Source: Malacoraja senta
Lineage: Eukaryota
Reading direction: 5' to 3'
DNA length: 64,000 bases
NCBI GenBank assembly: GCA_038087875.1
Contig: CM075991.1
Location: 10,666,001-10,730,000, forward strand
The notes beneath the pieces were generated by a model that worked only from the letters and a program-made list of their open reading frames with translations, was not told where the DNA came from and did not search any database. Below are positions 21,672-33,200 of this stretch, piece after piece. Positions within the stretch are counted from its first letter, which is position 1, and every line of letters begins with the position of its first letter. The position numbers and the translations under genes are program-made.

Positions 21672-23297
21672 GTAATTTCAGAACCAATGTGCTACTGAGA
21701 TTTGTTCATGGTGTGAAAGGAAAAGTTGCTCAAATGAACCAGTTAAGTTTCTTTGCAAAGAAAATTTAAGCTTGCACAGCGAATCTTCTGCCCTTTGCAG
21801 GGTGAAAGCTGAAGCTTTCAGGAACTGACACCCCTGTGGGAATGCTGTCTGCACAACTTGAGTGCCATGCTTGGTGTGGTGACCTTTTTTTTTTACCGGT
21901 CCAAGTGTCTTTTGGCAAAATGTTACCCTTGGGGTCCCTCTTAAATCTTGCCCTCTAATTTTAGATGGGGGGAAGACTGGCTACACACCTTTACCTCATC
22001 TCATGTCCCTCTTTAGCCCTCCTGGTTTCCCTTTTAAAGTGTATTTTTACATCTCCTTTACTCTGAGGTATTCTAAGTGATAAGGAGGGTAATTTGAGCA
22101 GGGCGCCTCTTGCCAAATACCTAAATTAAAAACTTGAATATCTGTAATAAAATGCTCTGAAAACTCAACAGGTCAGGTGGCACCTGTGAAAAGAGTCAAC
22201 ATTTCAGCTCTTTGTTGGAACTGGGAAAAGGAGAAATGCATGTTGTGAGAGAAGGTGGGGAGGGCTCTATCCACAATCCTGGAACCTCAGTGTTCGATGG
22301 CTCTCCAGTTCCACTTGGTCAGGATGCATCTACACCTGTGAGCCATAATGCATTTAAAGACTGCCGTCATTCAGTTAATGCTTTACCACCTTGTGTTGAT
22401 TTCAATCCAAATGACACAGATTAAGTTCAGTGGTTAACTACTTTTGTATTAAATTCTACTTGCTGTAACTCTTCTAAAGCTGTGACCTTGCTTTGCAATC
22501 TCATCCACAGCACTGTGCACCTCACTTTATTCCCCACAATTTGATTCAGCGTTGCATTTTGGCTGTGTGAAGCTCAGGTATACTTACAAGTTTCAGGAAT
22601 TCCCCCTTGTACGTTACACTTGCCAATAGTCAGTATTGGGTATTTACATTATCACCACACTATGCATCTTGTGTTCTCCCTGAAACGGGTCCAGTTGTAA
22701 AGGCTTCTCTGTATTTTCTGGATCCAAGATGGCGCCCAAGCCATGCATCTGTTTGTGTGCTCCTCACAGAAATGGATCGGCAATCATGCATTATAATTGC
22801 TCCACTCTTTGAAACTCCCACAGCAGCATTTCTTACTTGATTCCCTTTATCATGTGTCTGCACATAGTGGATGGCCCGATTGTAATCATCCATTGCCTTT
22901 CTGGTTAGCACGCAACAAAAGCTTTTCACTATACCTCGGTATATGTGAAAATTAACAAAACTAATTGCCTTTGCAATTGAGTCCAGAATTTCATTTGCCT
23001 TCCTAAATACTTAACATTGTGTGTATGCTAACTTGGTGTGGTGGTATGGTGCTCATTGACAATCAGAAGGAAATGCTCAGGCAATTATCTTGATTGCCGA
23101 TACAACCTGGAAATATTTGTAATATAATATACTCCAAGCTAATTATATTTCTGATTGCATAGCACTGGAGAAACAGGATTATGCAATCCAATTATAAGGA
23201 AATATTTCTCCAGACCACTGGAGAATTTTAAGCACCTTGTGTTGTATTTACATTCGTCTTATTGCTAACCTCATCCCAAGTGTGATGTGTCCACCAG

Positions 23298-23480
23298 GTA
23301 GACAAAAATACAGCAGGTGAGGTAGCATCTATGGAGCAAAGGAAATATGGAGCGAAGGTCGAAACCCTTCTTCAGACCAGAAACGTTGCCTACTTCCTTC
23401 GCTCCATAAATGCTCCCTCACCTGCTGAGTTTCTCCAGCATTTTTGTCTACCTTTGATTTTCCAGTTCCTTCTTAAACAT
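23298..23480 (+). mobile_element. fold-back Penelope-derived short element
   Basis: Inverted partial copy followed by a forward copy ending ttcttaaaca; short flanking repeat tccaccag. Confidence 0.65.
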
Positions 23481-24768
23481 GCAGCATCCACCAGTCGTTT
23501 TTACTGTTAAAAATAAAGTGTTTTTATTCCCCCCCTTCCCTTTGCCCTCTTCACCTCTCCCTCCCGCCCTCATACTTTCCTTCCTTATCATTTTGCACAT
23601 TCCTGCCTTTCCTCCTTCCAGTTCAGATCCAATTTAGAACTACAAACTAATCTCACAGAGGTAGAAATAATGGGCACTTGTCAAAAAGGTGTGATAAACA
23701 ATGGGGATTTAAATCCATTTTTGGCAAAGTAGACTTGATCTGGAGTTACGGGACAGTTACTTAGAATAGCACATTCTGGAGCCAAGGATAAAGTAGGTTC
23801 CACTGAGCCTGGAACAAGATAAGATTAATTTAGAAGCACGTCGTGAAAGTAGAAGTGATAGTGATGTAATTAACTTTCATATTCGGTTTGAGTGAGGGAA
23901 GAATGGTCCACAGCGAAGAAATCTCTGAAGACATGAAAGCAGAGTCAGGTAAATTAAGGCAAGGGGTGTATTGACCCAGTTCCCGCATTATAATCGCGGT
24001 GGAAGATATTTCTTCTTGCGTTGAGGCAGCAGAGGTTATGTAACGCCCTCCAGGCGCTGTAGCCAGTTCAATGTGCTGTTGGCGAGGGCCGTCTGGTCCA
24101 CCCCTCCACCAGGGGGGCGGAGGACAGTGCAGTCGAAAATGACGTTCGCTGTGCTGTTTGTTGGTCTGCTCCACACCAGCAGGCTGCTGGTGAACGCAGC
24201 CCCCCAGCCATGTTTACAGGGATCTCTCAGAATCTATCAAGAAAGGAAGGTTCCAAAGGGGAAGGACCCACCAACCAAGGTTAACTGGAGGTTATAGTTT
24301 CAAACTTTAAGAAAATACTATAATGTAGCTAACTACAATTATAATTATCAGGTCAGAAAGTTGGTCTAAATATTGGAGACAAAAAGGCAAGGAATGACTG
24401 AAAGACAGGACAAATTAGAGTACAAGAAAGAGCTAGCCTGAAATATGGAGGATAGGAAGACTTTAAAAGTTGAATACAGTGAGTGTGTGTTCTGTAGATA
24501 GCAAGTCTGGAGAATCAGTAACGCAGGAAATTGCAGCCTAATTAAACAAGTACTTTGTGCTAGCTCGAAGGCCGAATGGCCTCCTCCTGCACCTATTTTC
24601 TATGTTTCATTATAGTGTGGGTACAAACACAATCTCAGAAATGGTTTGTGAATTGGAATGGTAGAAGAATGCAGGAAATGATCAAATGTGTTGGTGCTGT
24701 GGGCTGACGTGTCCGGTTGCTGATAGATTTTATCTTGCAGTCTTTAAAGAAAAGGTTAGTGAGATGGT

Positions 24769-24891
24769 AGACAAAAATGCTGGAGAAACTCAGCGGGTGC
24801 AGCAGCATCTAAGATGCTGCTGCACCCGCTGAGTTTCTCCAGCATTTTTGTCTACCTTCGATTTTCCAGCATCTGCAGTTCCTTCTTAAAC
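24769..24891 (+). mobile_element. fold-back Penelope-derived short element with 16-bp TSD
   Basis: TSD aggttagtgagatggt at 24753-24768 and 24892-24907; perfect 45-bp hairpin at 24766-24856. Confidence 0.85.
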
Positions 24892-25889
24892 AGGTTAGTG
24901 AGATGGTTGATTAGTTGGTTTTCCTAAATTTGGAGTATTGGGTTGGAAAATAATAAATATAAATCCTTTATTAAAATGTGAGGCAGACGACAAGCCAGTT
25001 GGCCATATTTGTCACAATTTTATTAGAAGCTATTATTAAAAACCATATAGTTGAGCACATAACAAAGCAATGTCATTAAGCAAATAAAGTTTTGCAGAAA
25101 GGGATATCACGTTTAATCAATTCATCGGATTTCATTGAAGGGAGTGCTCTGGATAAACGGGAGCCAGTGAATCAGATTCCTAGATGGCATTTATTCGATA
25201 GGTGCGGCATTGAAGTTTGTTGCCGAAAATAAAAGATAATAAATTGGTGTGGAATGAAGATTAGACTGCTAGCAGGAAACAGTCGGCAAGATATGACGTT
25301 TGGTGCTCAGTGATCTGTGCTAGGGGCCCAGTTTAAAAAAAAAAAAAATTAATTACATGAATGACTTGGTCGAAGATATCAAGCTATGCTTGCTAAATCC
25401 ACTGGCAAATTTGTTTTTTTTTTTACAAAAGTAAGTTGTCAAGAGGACATCAGAAAAGCAATCTAAACAGGTGAAGTGGGAAAGGATTTGGCAAATGGAA
25501 TACAAGGTGTTACATTCTCCATTTGGCTGAAAAATAATTTAAAAACATTTATTTCGAAAGAAATATAAAAGTAGAGAGGTTATGCTTAAGTTTTCAGGAC
25601 ATAAGGTAACTTTTTTTTACTGTAACTTAGTACATGTAACAATAAACTAAACTCATCTTGGACCACTGTGGGCTCCACCTTTCCTGGGTCGTCGGTGCTG
25701 GTTCTGATTTATTCTCTACCTTTTTATACCTCCAGTTTTCCCTCTCCACTGACTCTCAGCTTGAAGGAGGGCCTCGACCTGAAACGTCACCCATTCCTTC
25801 TCTCCAGAGATGCTGCCTGAGTTTCTCCAGCATTTTTGTCTACCTTCGATTTTCCAGCATCTGCAGTTCCTTCTTAAACATAGCATGAC

Positions 25890-26525
25890 AATAGAAAATA
25901 GGTGCAGGAGTAGGCCATTCGAGCCAGCACCGACCGCCATTCAATGTGATACATAGATACATAGAAAATAGGTGCAGGAGTAGGCCATTCGGCCCTTCGA
26001 GCCTGCACCGCCATTCAATATGATCATGGCTGATCATCCAACTCAGTATCCCGTACCTGCCTTCTCTCCATACCCCCTGATCCCTTTAGCCACAAGGGCC
26101 ACATCTAACTCCCTCTTAAATATAGCCAATGAACTGGCGTCAACTACCCTCTGTGGCAGAGAGTTCCAGAGATTCACCACTCTCTGTGTGAAAAAGTTTT
26201 TCCTCATCTCGGTCTTAAAGGATTTTCCCCCTTATCCTTAAGCTGTGACCCCTTGTCCTGGACTTCCCCAACATCGGGAACAATCTTCCTGCATCCAGCC
26301 TGTCCAACCCCATAAGAATTTTGTACGTTTCTATAAGATCCCCTCTCAATCTCCTAAATTCTAGCGAGTATAAGCCATGGCTGATCATCCCCAATCAGTA
26401 CCCCGTTGCTGCCTTCTCCCCATATCCTTGACTCTGCTATTTTTAAGAGCCCTATCTAGCTCTCTCTTGAAAGCATCCAGAGAACCTGCCTCCACTGCCC
26501 TCTGAGGCAGAGAATTCCACAGCAT
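25890..26525 (-). mobile_element. clustered CR1-type LINE 3' fragments
   Basis: Repeated CR1 tails (ctactcctgcacctattttctat) and ORF2 C-terminus (LWNSLPQRAVEA). Confidence 0.75.
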
Positions 26526-26651
26526 AAAGCTCTGTACCATACTACCATACCATAGCATAAAGTACAATAGCATAAATCACCTGAAGTGCCATAGCACAAA
26601 GTGCCATAGCATACATAATGCGCTATAGAGCAGAACACTATAATATAATAG

Positions 26652-26691
26652 ATGGGTCTGAAGAAGGGTTTCGGCCCGAAACGTTACCTAT
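26652..26691 (+). ncRNA. minimal type-I hammerhead ribozyme motif, Penelope-associated
   Basis: Stem I AUGGGU/ACCUAU; core CUGAAGA plus an extra A; stem II GGGU-UUCG-GCCC; GAAA; loopless palindromic stem III ACGU; predicted cleavage after GUU at 26685. Activity is untested. Confidence 0.6.
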
Positions 26692-26770
26692 TTCCTTCGC
26701 TCCATAGATGCTGCTGCACCCGCTGAGTTTCTCCAGCATTTTTGTGTACCTACTATAATATAGTATCAGT

Positions 26771-26798
26771 CTGAAGAAGGGTCTCGACCCGAAACGTC
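26771..26798 (+). ncRNA. second tandem minimal hammerhead motif
   Basis: CUGAAGA-A-GGGU(CUCG)ACCC-GAAAC-GUC, 113 nt after the first core; stem I is weak. Confidence 0.5.
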
Positions 26799-26959
26799 TC
26801 CTATTTCCTTCGCTCCATAGATGCTGCCTCACCCGCTGAGTTTCTCCAGCATTTTTGTCTACCTTCGATTTTCCAGCATCTGCAGTTCCTTCTTAAACAG
26901 AGTATAAAAAGCACCATAGCATAAACCACTCGTGTTTCAAGCACCAGACCCATCAACCC

Positions 26960-27116
26960 GGCCTCTGACGTCTGCCCGCAGCGCGGAAACTACGTTGGAT
27001 ACAGCTGATTGATGGCAGTGCAGCCAATAGTCCGCAGCGAGGGGCGGTTACCGGGTTGCGTCGGCGGCTGTAAAAGGCAGGTACCCGCGGCCTCCCTTCC
27101 AGCGGCGTTCATCATT

Positions 27117-27147
<31 letters not shown>
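26960..27147 (+). promoter_or_regulatory. MTHFD2 promoter and 5' UTR (CpG-rich)
   Basis: CRE-like TGACGTCT about 26966, CCAAT 27024-27028, GC box about 27041, CpG-rich sequence up to the ATG. Confidence 0.6.
27120..27146 (+). repeat. (CAG)9 microsatellite immediately before the MTHFD2 ATG
   Basis: Nine perfect CAG units, then c-ATG at 27148. Confidence 0.95.
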
Positions 27148-27148
<1 letters not shown>

Positions 27149-27242
27149 TGGTCCCGGCGTGCGGCAGCACCACCTCCTCCACCCTCCGCCTCTTCAGCGC
27201 CGCCCTGCTCAGGGCCTGTCGCCTGCACACCAGCGCGCCCAG
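27148..27242 (+). CDS. MTHFD2: MTHFD2 exon 1, mitochondrial targeting peptide ([31 protein letters not shown])
   Basis: Arg/Ser/Ala-rich with no acidic residues; donor CAG|gtagga; phase 2 fits exon 2. Confidence 0.85.
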
Positions 27243-30200
27243 GTAGGACATAGACCCGGGGATGGGTCGTGGCAGAGGGCGGCGAAAATCCTCCCGGCCC
27301 GGCTCCAATTCACTCACCCCAGCTCATTACACACCGCCAAACCCTTCACCCACCCCTCCTCTCCCCAATCTACTCCCCTTCCTGCTCCCCCACCATTCTT
27401 GTCTTCTCTCGCACCCCATTGATTTAGTTTCCCTCTCCCCCCTTTTTTTCTCCCCCTCTCTCTTCTCCCTCTTTCTATCTCTTTTTCTCCCCCCCTTTCT
27501 TTTTCTCCACTTCCCCTTTCTCCTCTTCTATCTCTCCTCCCCTTTCTCTTTTATTTTCTCCCTCCTTTCCTCTCTACCCCCTTTCTCCCCCCATTTTTTC
27601 TCCTGTTCCCTTCTCTCTCTCTCTCTCTCTCTTTTTTTCACCCTCTTTCTTTTTTTCCCTCTTCCCCTTTCTCTCTTTTTTTTAAATCTTCCTTCTTTCC
27701 CCCTTTTCTCCCCCCTCCTTCCACTCCCCTCCCTCTCCTTCCCTTCTCTCTCTCTCTCTACCCCTTCCCCTCCCCTGTCCACTCCTCCGGGATGCGAGCC
27801 CACAGCCCCGGCAAGACGGCTGATGAAATATCGAGAGTTGGTTACGTGGTTCATTGTGTGAAGCCGCCGTGCAGGCTCATCGGGCGTGGAAATTGAAAGC
27901 TCCCGATCGCATCTAATGCGTGGAGGAGCGGGGCAGGGCTCAACGAGGAGCCGAAATGGAAAAAATAGTTGCAATAACTCTGTCATTTCTATTTGACCTT
28001 GTTTCTCTCTGCTCTCAGCCCATTCCAATCAGCCGCGTTAGAAACGCAGTCTCCAAGACTGGCTGCTCTCTTTTCTGTACTGGTGTGTGTGTGTTTAGTC
28101 TTTCTTAAAAGCGTGTCATTTTTGTTGGCGTTTCTGATGTAATCTCGTGTCGAGGTTGCACTGGAATTTCCCCCAGTGACGCCGACCTTCCACTAACTAA
28201 AATTACACTTGAAATGACACCGGGCGTCTGGAACCGCTCGCCATTCACCACTACCGGTTCTGCCTGCGAGACTTGTCATCGCAGTCACCGTTTCCTCGCT
28301 CGATTGGCGAGTTGCTGGCAAAATAATGCGACGTCTGTTAAATGCTGGCAGTACACTTCAATAAGTTATATCCATGCCTCGATATATGAAAGGTTAGTCG
28401 GTGCTATCGATTGCATATCAATTGACGGGCTTTTCATCAAACCTCTCCTTGCTCTCTCTCTATCAGTAAACAAGGGCCCCGCCAATTTTGCAGTTAATTT
28501 GCTCATCTCCAATTGACGTCCTTTAAAGATGCTTCAAAAAATAGCAGCTGCCAATACCAAACCAGGAACCTGGGCTATTACCTTGCCTTTGCCTACAGGA
28601 GTTGTCTGCCAAGAGATGCTAGTCCAACTTATAACATCATATCTTGTAGTTTTATATTTGTTTAAAACGCAGGAAGCCAGTTAGCCCATCTAGTCTATGC
28701 CAGTTCTCGGATCAATTCCATTCACTGACATATTCAAGAGATGTATTCAAGAGAGAGTTAGATTTGGCTCTTGGGGCAAATGGAATGAAGGGTTATGGGG
28801 TGAAACAGGAACAGGGTACTGATTCTGGATGGTACACAAAAATGCTGGAGAAACTCAGCGGGTGCAGCAGCATCTATGGAGCGAAGGAAATAGGTAACGT
28901 TTCGGGCCGAAACCCTTCTTAAGACTGATAGGGGGTGGGGAGAAGAAAGGAAAAAAGGAGAAAGGCGGAGGAGGAGCCCAAGGGCTGGGGGAGGGGAGGA
29001 GACAACCAGAGGGCTGATGAAGGGGAGGGGACAGCAAGGGCTAGCAGAATTGGGAGAATTCAATGTTCAAGCCCCCAGGATGTAGACTGCCCAAGCGGAA
29101 TATGAGGTGCATTTCCTCCAATTTACGGTGTTGCTCGCTGTGGCCATGGAGGAGACCCAGGACAGAGAGGTCAGATACGGAATGGGAGGGGGAGTTGAAG
29201 TACTGAGCCACCGGGTACGGAATGGGAAGGGGAGTGGGCCACAGGGTCTCCTCCATGGCCACAGCGAGCAACACCATAAATTGGAGGAAATGCACCTCAT
29301 ATTCCGCTTGGGCAGTCTACATCCTGGGGGCTTGAACATTGAATTCTCCCAATTCTGCTAGCCCTTGCTGTCCCCTCCCCTTCATCAGCCATCTGGTTGT
29401 CTCCTCCCCTCCCACAGCCCTCGGCCTTTCTCCTTTTTTCCTTTCTTCTCCCCACCCCCTATCAGTCTGAAGAAGGGTTTTGGCCCGAAACGTTACCTAT
29501 TTCCTTCGCTCCATAGATGCTGCTGCACCCGCTGAGTTTCTCCAGCATTTTTGTGTACCTTCGATTTTCCAGCATCTGCAGTTCCTTCTTTAACACAATA
29601 CTGATTCTGGATGATTGGCCATGATCCTGGCACAAAGGATGTATGGCCTCCTGCACCTATTTTCTATATTTCTATTTTTCTATTCACCTGCCCTTTCATT
29701 AACTGCTTTTACTGCACCCCCCTCTACGCTGCAGAAACCAACCTCCCTTCCACTGACTTCATCTGCACTTCACGCTGCCTCGGCAGGGCCAACAACATAA
29801 TCGAGATCCAGTCACAGCCCTCTTCTCCCCTCTCCCATCGGGCAAGAGGTGCAGAAGTGTGAAAACGCACACCTCCAGATTCAGGGATAGTTTCTTCCCA
29901 GCTGTTATCAGGCAACTGAACCATCCTGTCAACAACTAGAGAGCGGTCTTGAGCTGCCATCTACCTCATTGGAGACCCTCAGACTATCCTTAATCAGACT
30001 TTATCGTGCACTAAATGTTATTCCCTTTATCATGTATCTGTACACTGTGGACGACTTGATTGTAATCATTTGTAGTCTTTTCACTGACTGGTTACCACAC
30101 TACAAAAAGCTTTTCACTGTACATGAGACAATAAGGTAGACTAAATAATTAGGGTGATCTAGATTACATGGCTAGTCTACCAAACCTCATGCCTTTGTGG

Positions 30201-33200
30201 CGTTGGAGGCAACTGGAGCACTTTGAGATGGCGGGGGAGGGTGGAGAAACCCACCTGGTCACAAGGGGAACATGCAAACTCCACACAGACAGCATTGTGG
30301 ATCAGGATTGAACCTGGGTCACTGGAGCTGTGAGAAAGCTGCACTTTCTTCATTCCCATCCATTGCCGTCTGAATAGTGACACCCCATGGAAAAGATGTG
30401 GTGCGGTCGGAATGTAGAAATGAGGAACTGCAGATGCTGGTTAATACACAATAGGACACGGAGTGCTGGAGTAACTCAGCAGGTCAGGCAGCATTCCTGG
30501 TAAAAATAGGTGACATTTTGGGTTAGGTCTGATGTCTGAAGAAGGCTCCTGACCTAAAATGTCATCTATCCATGTACTCCAGAATGGCTTACTCCTTATT
30601 CTTAAACTGTGGCCCCTGGTTCTGGACTCCCCCAAACATCGGGAACATGTTTCCTGCCTCTAGCGTGTCCAAACCCTTAACAATCTTATATGTTTCCAAT
30701 TTGCTTCTGCCGTACAAATTGAGTCAAAATAATAATTTGGTCTGTGCAGATTTCTTTCTCCTATTAATAATACCCCAGTCTCATCCTCGAAAGGGACCTG
30801 TCTCAGTTTGTCTGCCCCTGTGGGCGCGGACTCGCGGGGCCAAAGGGCCTGGTTCCGCGCTGTATCTCTTAAAGTCCAAAGGACAGCATCCCCTTTCCTA
30901 AAGAGATGCTGCCTGACCCGCTGAGTTACCACAGCACTTTGTGTCTATCTTTGGTGTAAAGTTTTATTGAATGTCTATTTCTTTTAGGCCATTCAGCCAC
31001 AGGTGTTTCTTTCCCTTCCCACTTGTAGTGCTAAACTTGTAAACGTAAGAACAGCGCGGAAGATACAGGACCTTCAGCCCACTGAGTCCGCGCCGACCAG
31101 CGATCACCCCGTACACTAGCACTATCCTACAGACTATGAACAATTTACAAATTAACCTACAAACCTGTACGTTTTTGGAGAGTGGGAGGAAACTGTAGCA
31201 CCCGGAGAAAACCCACAGGGCCATGAACGTACAAACTCCGTACAGACAGCACCTGTAGTCAGGATCGAACCTGGGTCACTGGTGCTGCAAGGTAGAACTC
31301 TACCTCTGTGCCACCTTTAATATCTCCTCGTACATTACTGCCAATGTCTCTCCGATTCTGCCAAGTCACGAGTTTGCAGAAATTTACAGTACAGACAATT
31401 ATTCCGTGCTACTGAGAATAGGGCTGTTTGGCCAATTCTACATCTCATCAATCCATCTGTAATCCATTCAGTCATGAGATGTGGATGTCACTGCCAATGC
31501 AGGGCATTCAGACCATCCCCAATTGTCCTGAAACTGTGGAGGCTAAGGATCGATCACGTCAGGGTTGGGTACAGGCCAGAATGATCACGGACGTCTGAAT
31601 ATCTTAAAGATCATTTGTAAAACATCGCGACACAAGAAACTGCAGATGCTCGAATCTTGAGCAAAGTGCCACGTGCTGGAGGAGCTCAGAGGGTCTGGCA
31701 ACATTTGGTGAGGGAATGGACAGGCGACTTTCCACGTTGGGGTCTGCAGAAGGGTCCTGATCTGAAAAAGCATCTGTCCATTCCCTCCCCAGATGCTGCC
31801 TGACCTGTTGGGTTGCGATTTGTAAGACACCATCTGGTTCACTAATACAGTAATTTAATGTGAGTTTTTAAGTGAATTCCACATTTATTTAATTACTTAA
31901 ATTTAATCTTCCCCAGATGCTGTGGTGGGATTTGAACACGGGTTTCTGATAGTAGTCCAGAGCTCTAGTTTCGAGTCCATTAGTACAACCAGCAGCTCCA
32001 GTTTGGAAACAAGTCAGATTCGAGAGTCAAGAGTGTTATCATATGTCCCAGATAGAACATGACATTCTTACTCGTAGCAGACATTCTTACTCGTAGCAGC
32101 ACAACAGGATCTGTAAACATAGTACACTGTAAACAATATAATAAACGAGAAAAAATGTATATATATATATATATATAAATATATGCACATGTACCCACAT
32201 ATTCACACGCATGCACGCACGTACACACGCGCACGTTCACACACACACACTTACGCACGTACACACACGCACACACACACACACGTACACGTACACAGAA
32301 AAACGTACAATACAATAGTTTAAGAAGGAACTGCAGATGCTGGAAAATCGAAGGTAGACAAAAAGGCTGGAGAAACCCAGCGGGTGAGGATAGATCTATA
32401 GATGCTGCCTCACCCGCTGAGTTTCTCCAGCCTTTTTGTCTACGTACAATACAATAGATTTTATCCATGTACAAAAGGGTGCAATGAATTTCCATGACGT
32501 TTGCATGAAGCTGCAGCATAAACAATATTCATGATACTGATAGATACAGAAAATGCAACTGGGAATAGAAAACAGCAGAATAATGCAAAGATTGTAATGC
32601 AATCTGAAGTAGAGGGGAAGAAAGATTGAAGTGCAATAATGAAAGAACAGGACGAATTTGATTGAAGAGTAATGGGCCTGTCCCACTTAGGCAGTTATTT
32701 TGGGCGACGACAGGCGACTGCCTCAATAATTTTGAACATGTTGAAAGATTTTCCCCGACAGTGGCGATAATTTTTACTGTCGTAGGTTGTCGTAGCTGAA
32801 TTCCATTAAGGGCCTGTCCCACTTGCCCATTTTTTTTCAGCGACTGCCGGCGTCATATCAGGGCCGCCAAAAGATTTTGGGCATTTCAAAATCCATCCGC
32901 GACAAAAAAAATGATACGGCACTTGAAAAAACATCATACGTCATCACGCCGCTAATTTTTCGGTGACCTGATACTTCGGTCAATGATGCCGGCAGTCGCA
33001 GAAAATATCGCCAAGCGCGACAGTCCCTTTAAAACCTGGCAGTTGCCTAAAGAGTCGCTTAAGTGGGACAGGCCCATAAGAGTCCAGCTATTTTTTTAAA
33101 CTGCAGTCAGAGTTTCTCCTTCCTCTTTCAGCCAGTTCCAGACCCATGCTGTTCCATGGGAGTGGAGGAAAATCTTTATCCATCGAATCCATATGCCTGC

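Noticed and set aside
26521..26640. ~15-bp ccatagcataaag repeats that look array-like
   Set aside because: Degenerate minisatellite without unique spacers in eukaryotic DNA; not CRISPR.
27009..27422. 137-aa polyQ ORF over MTHFD2 exon 1
   Set aside because: Alternative frame of the CAG repeat and exon 1 running into the intron; the MTHFD2 frame starts at 27148.
27262..28028. 199-aa F/L/S-rich and 166-aa K/R/E-rich ORFs
   Set aside because: Translations of the polypyrimidine tract.
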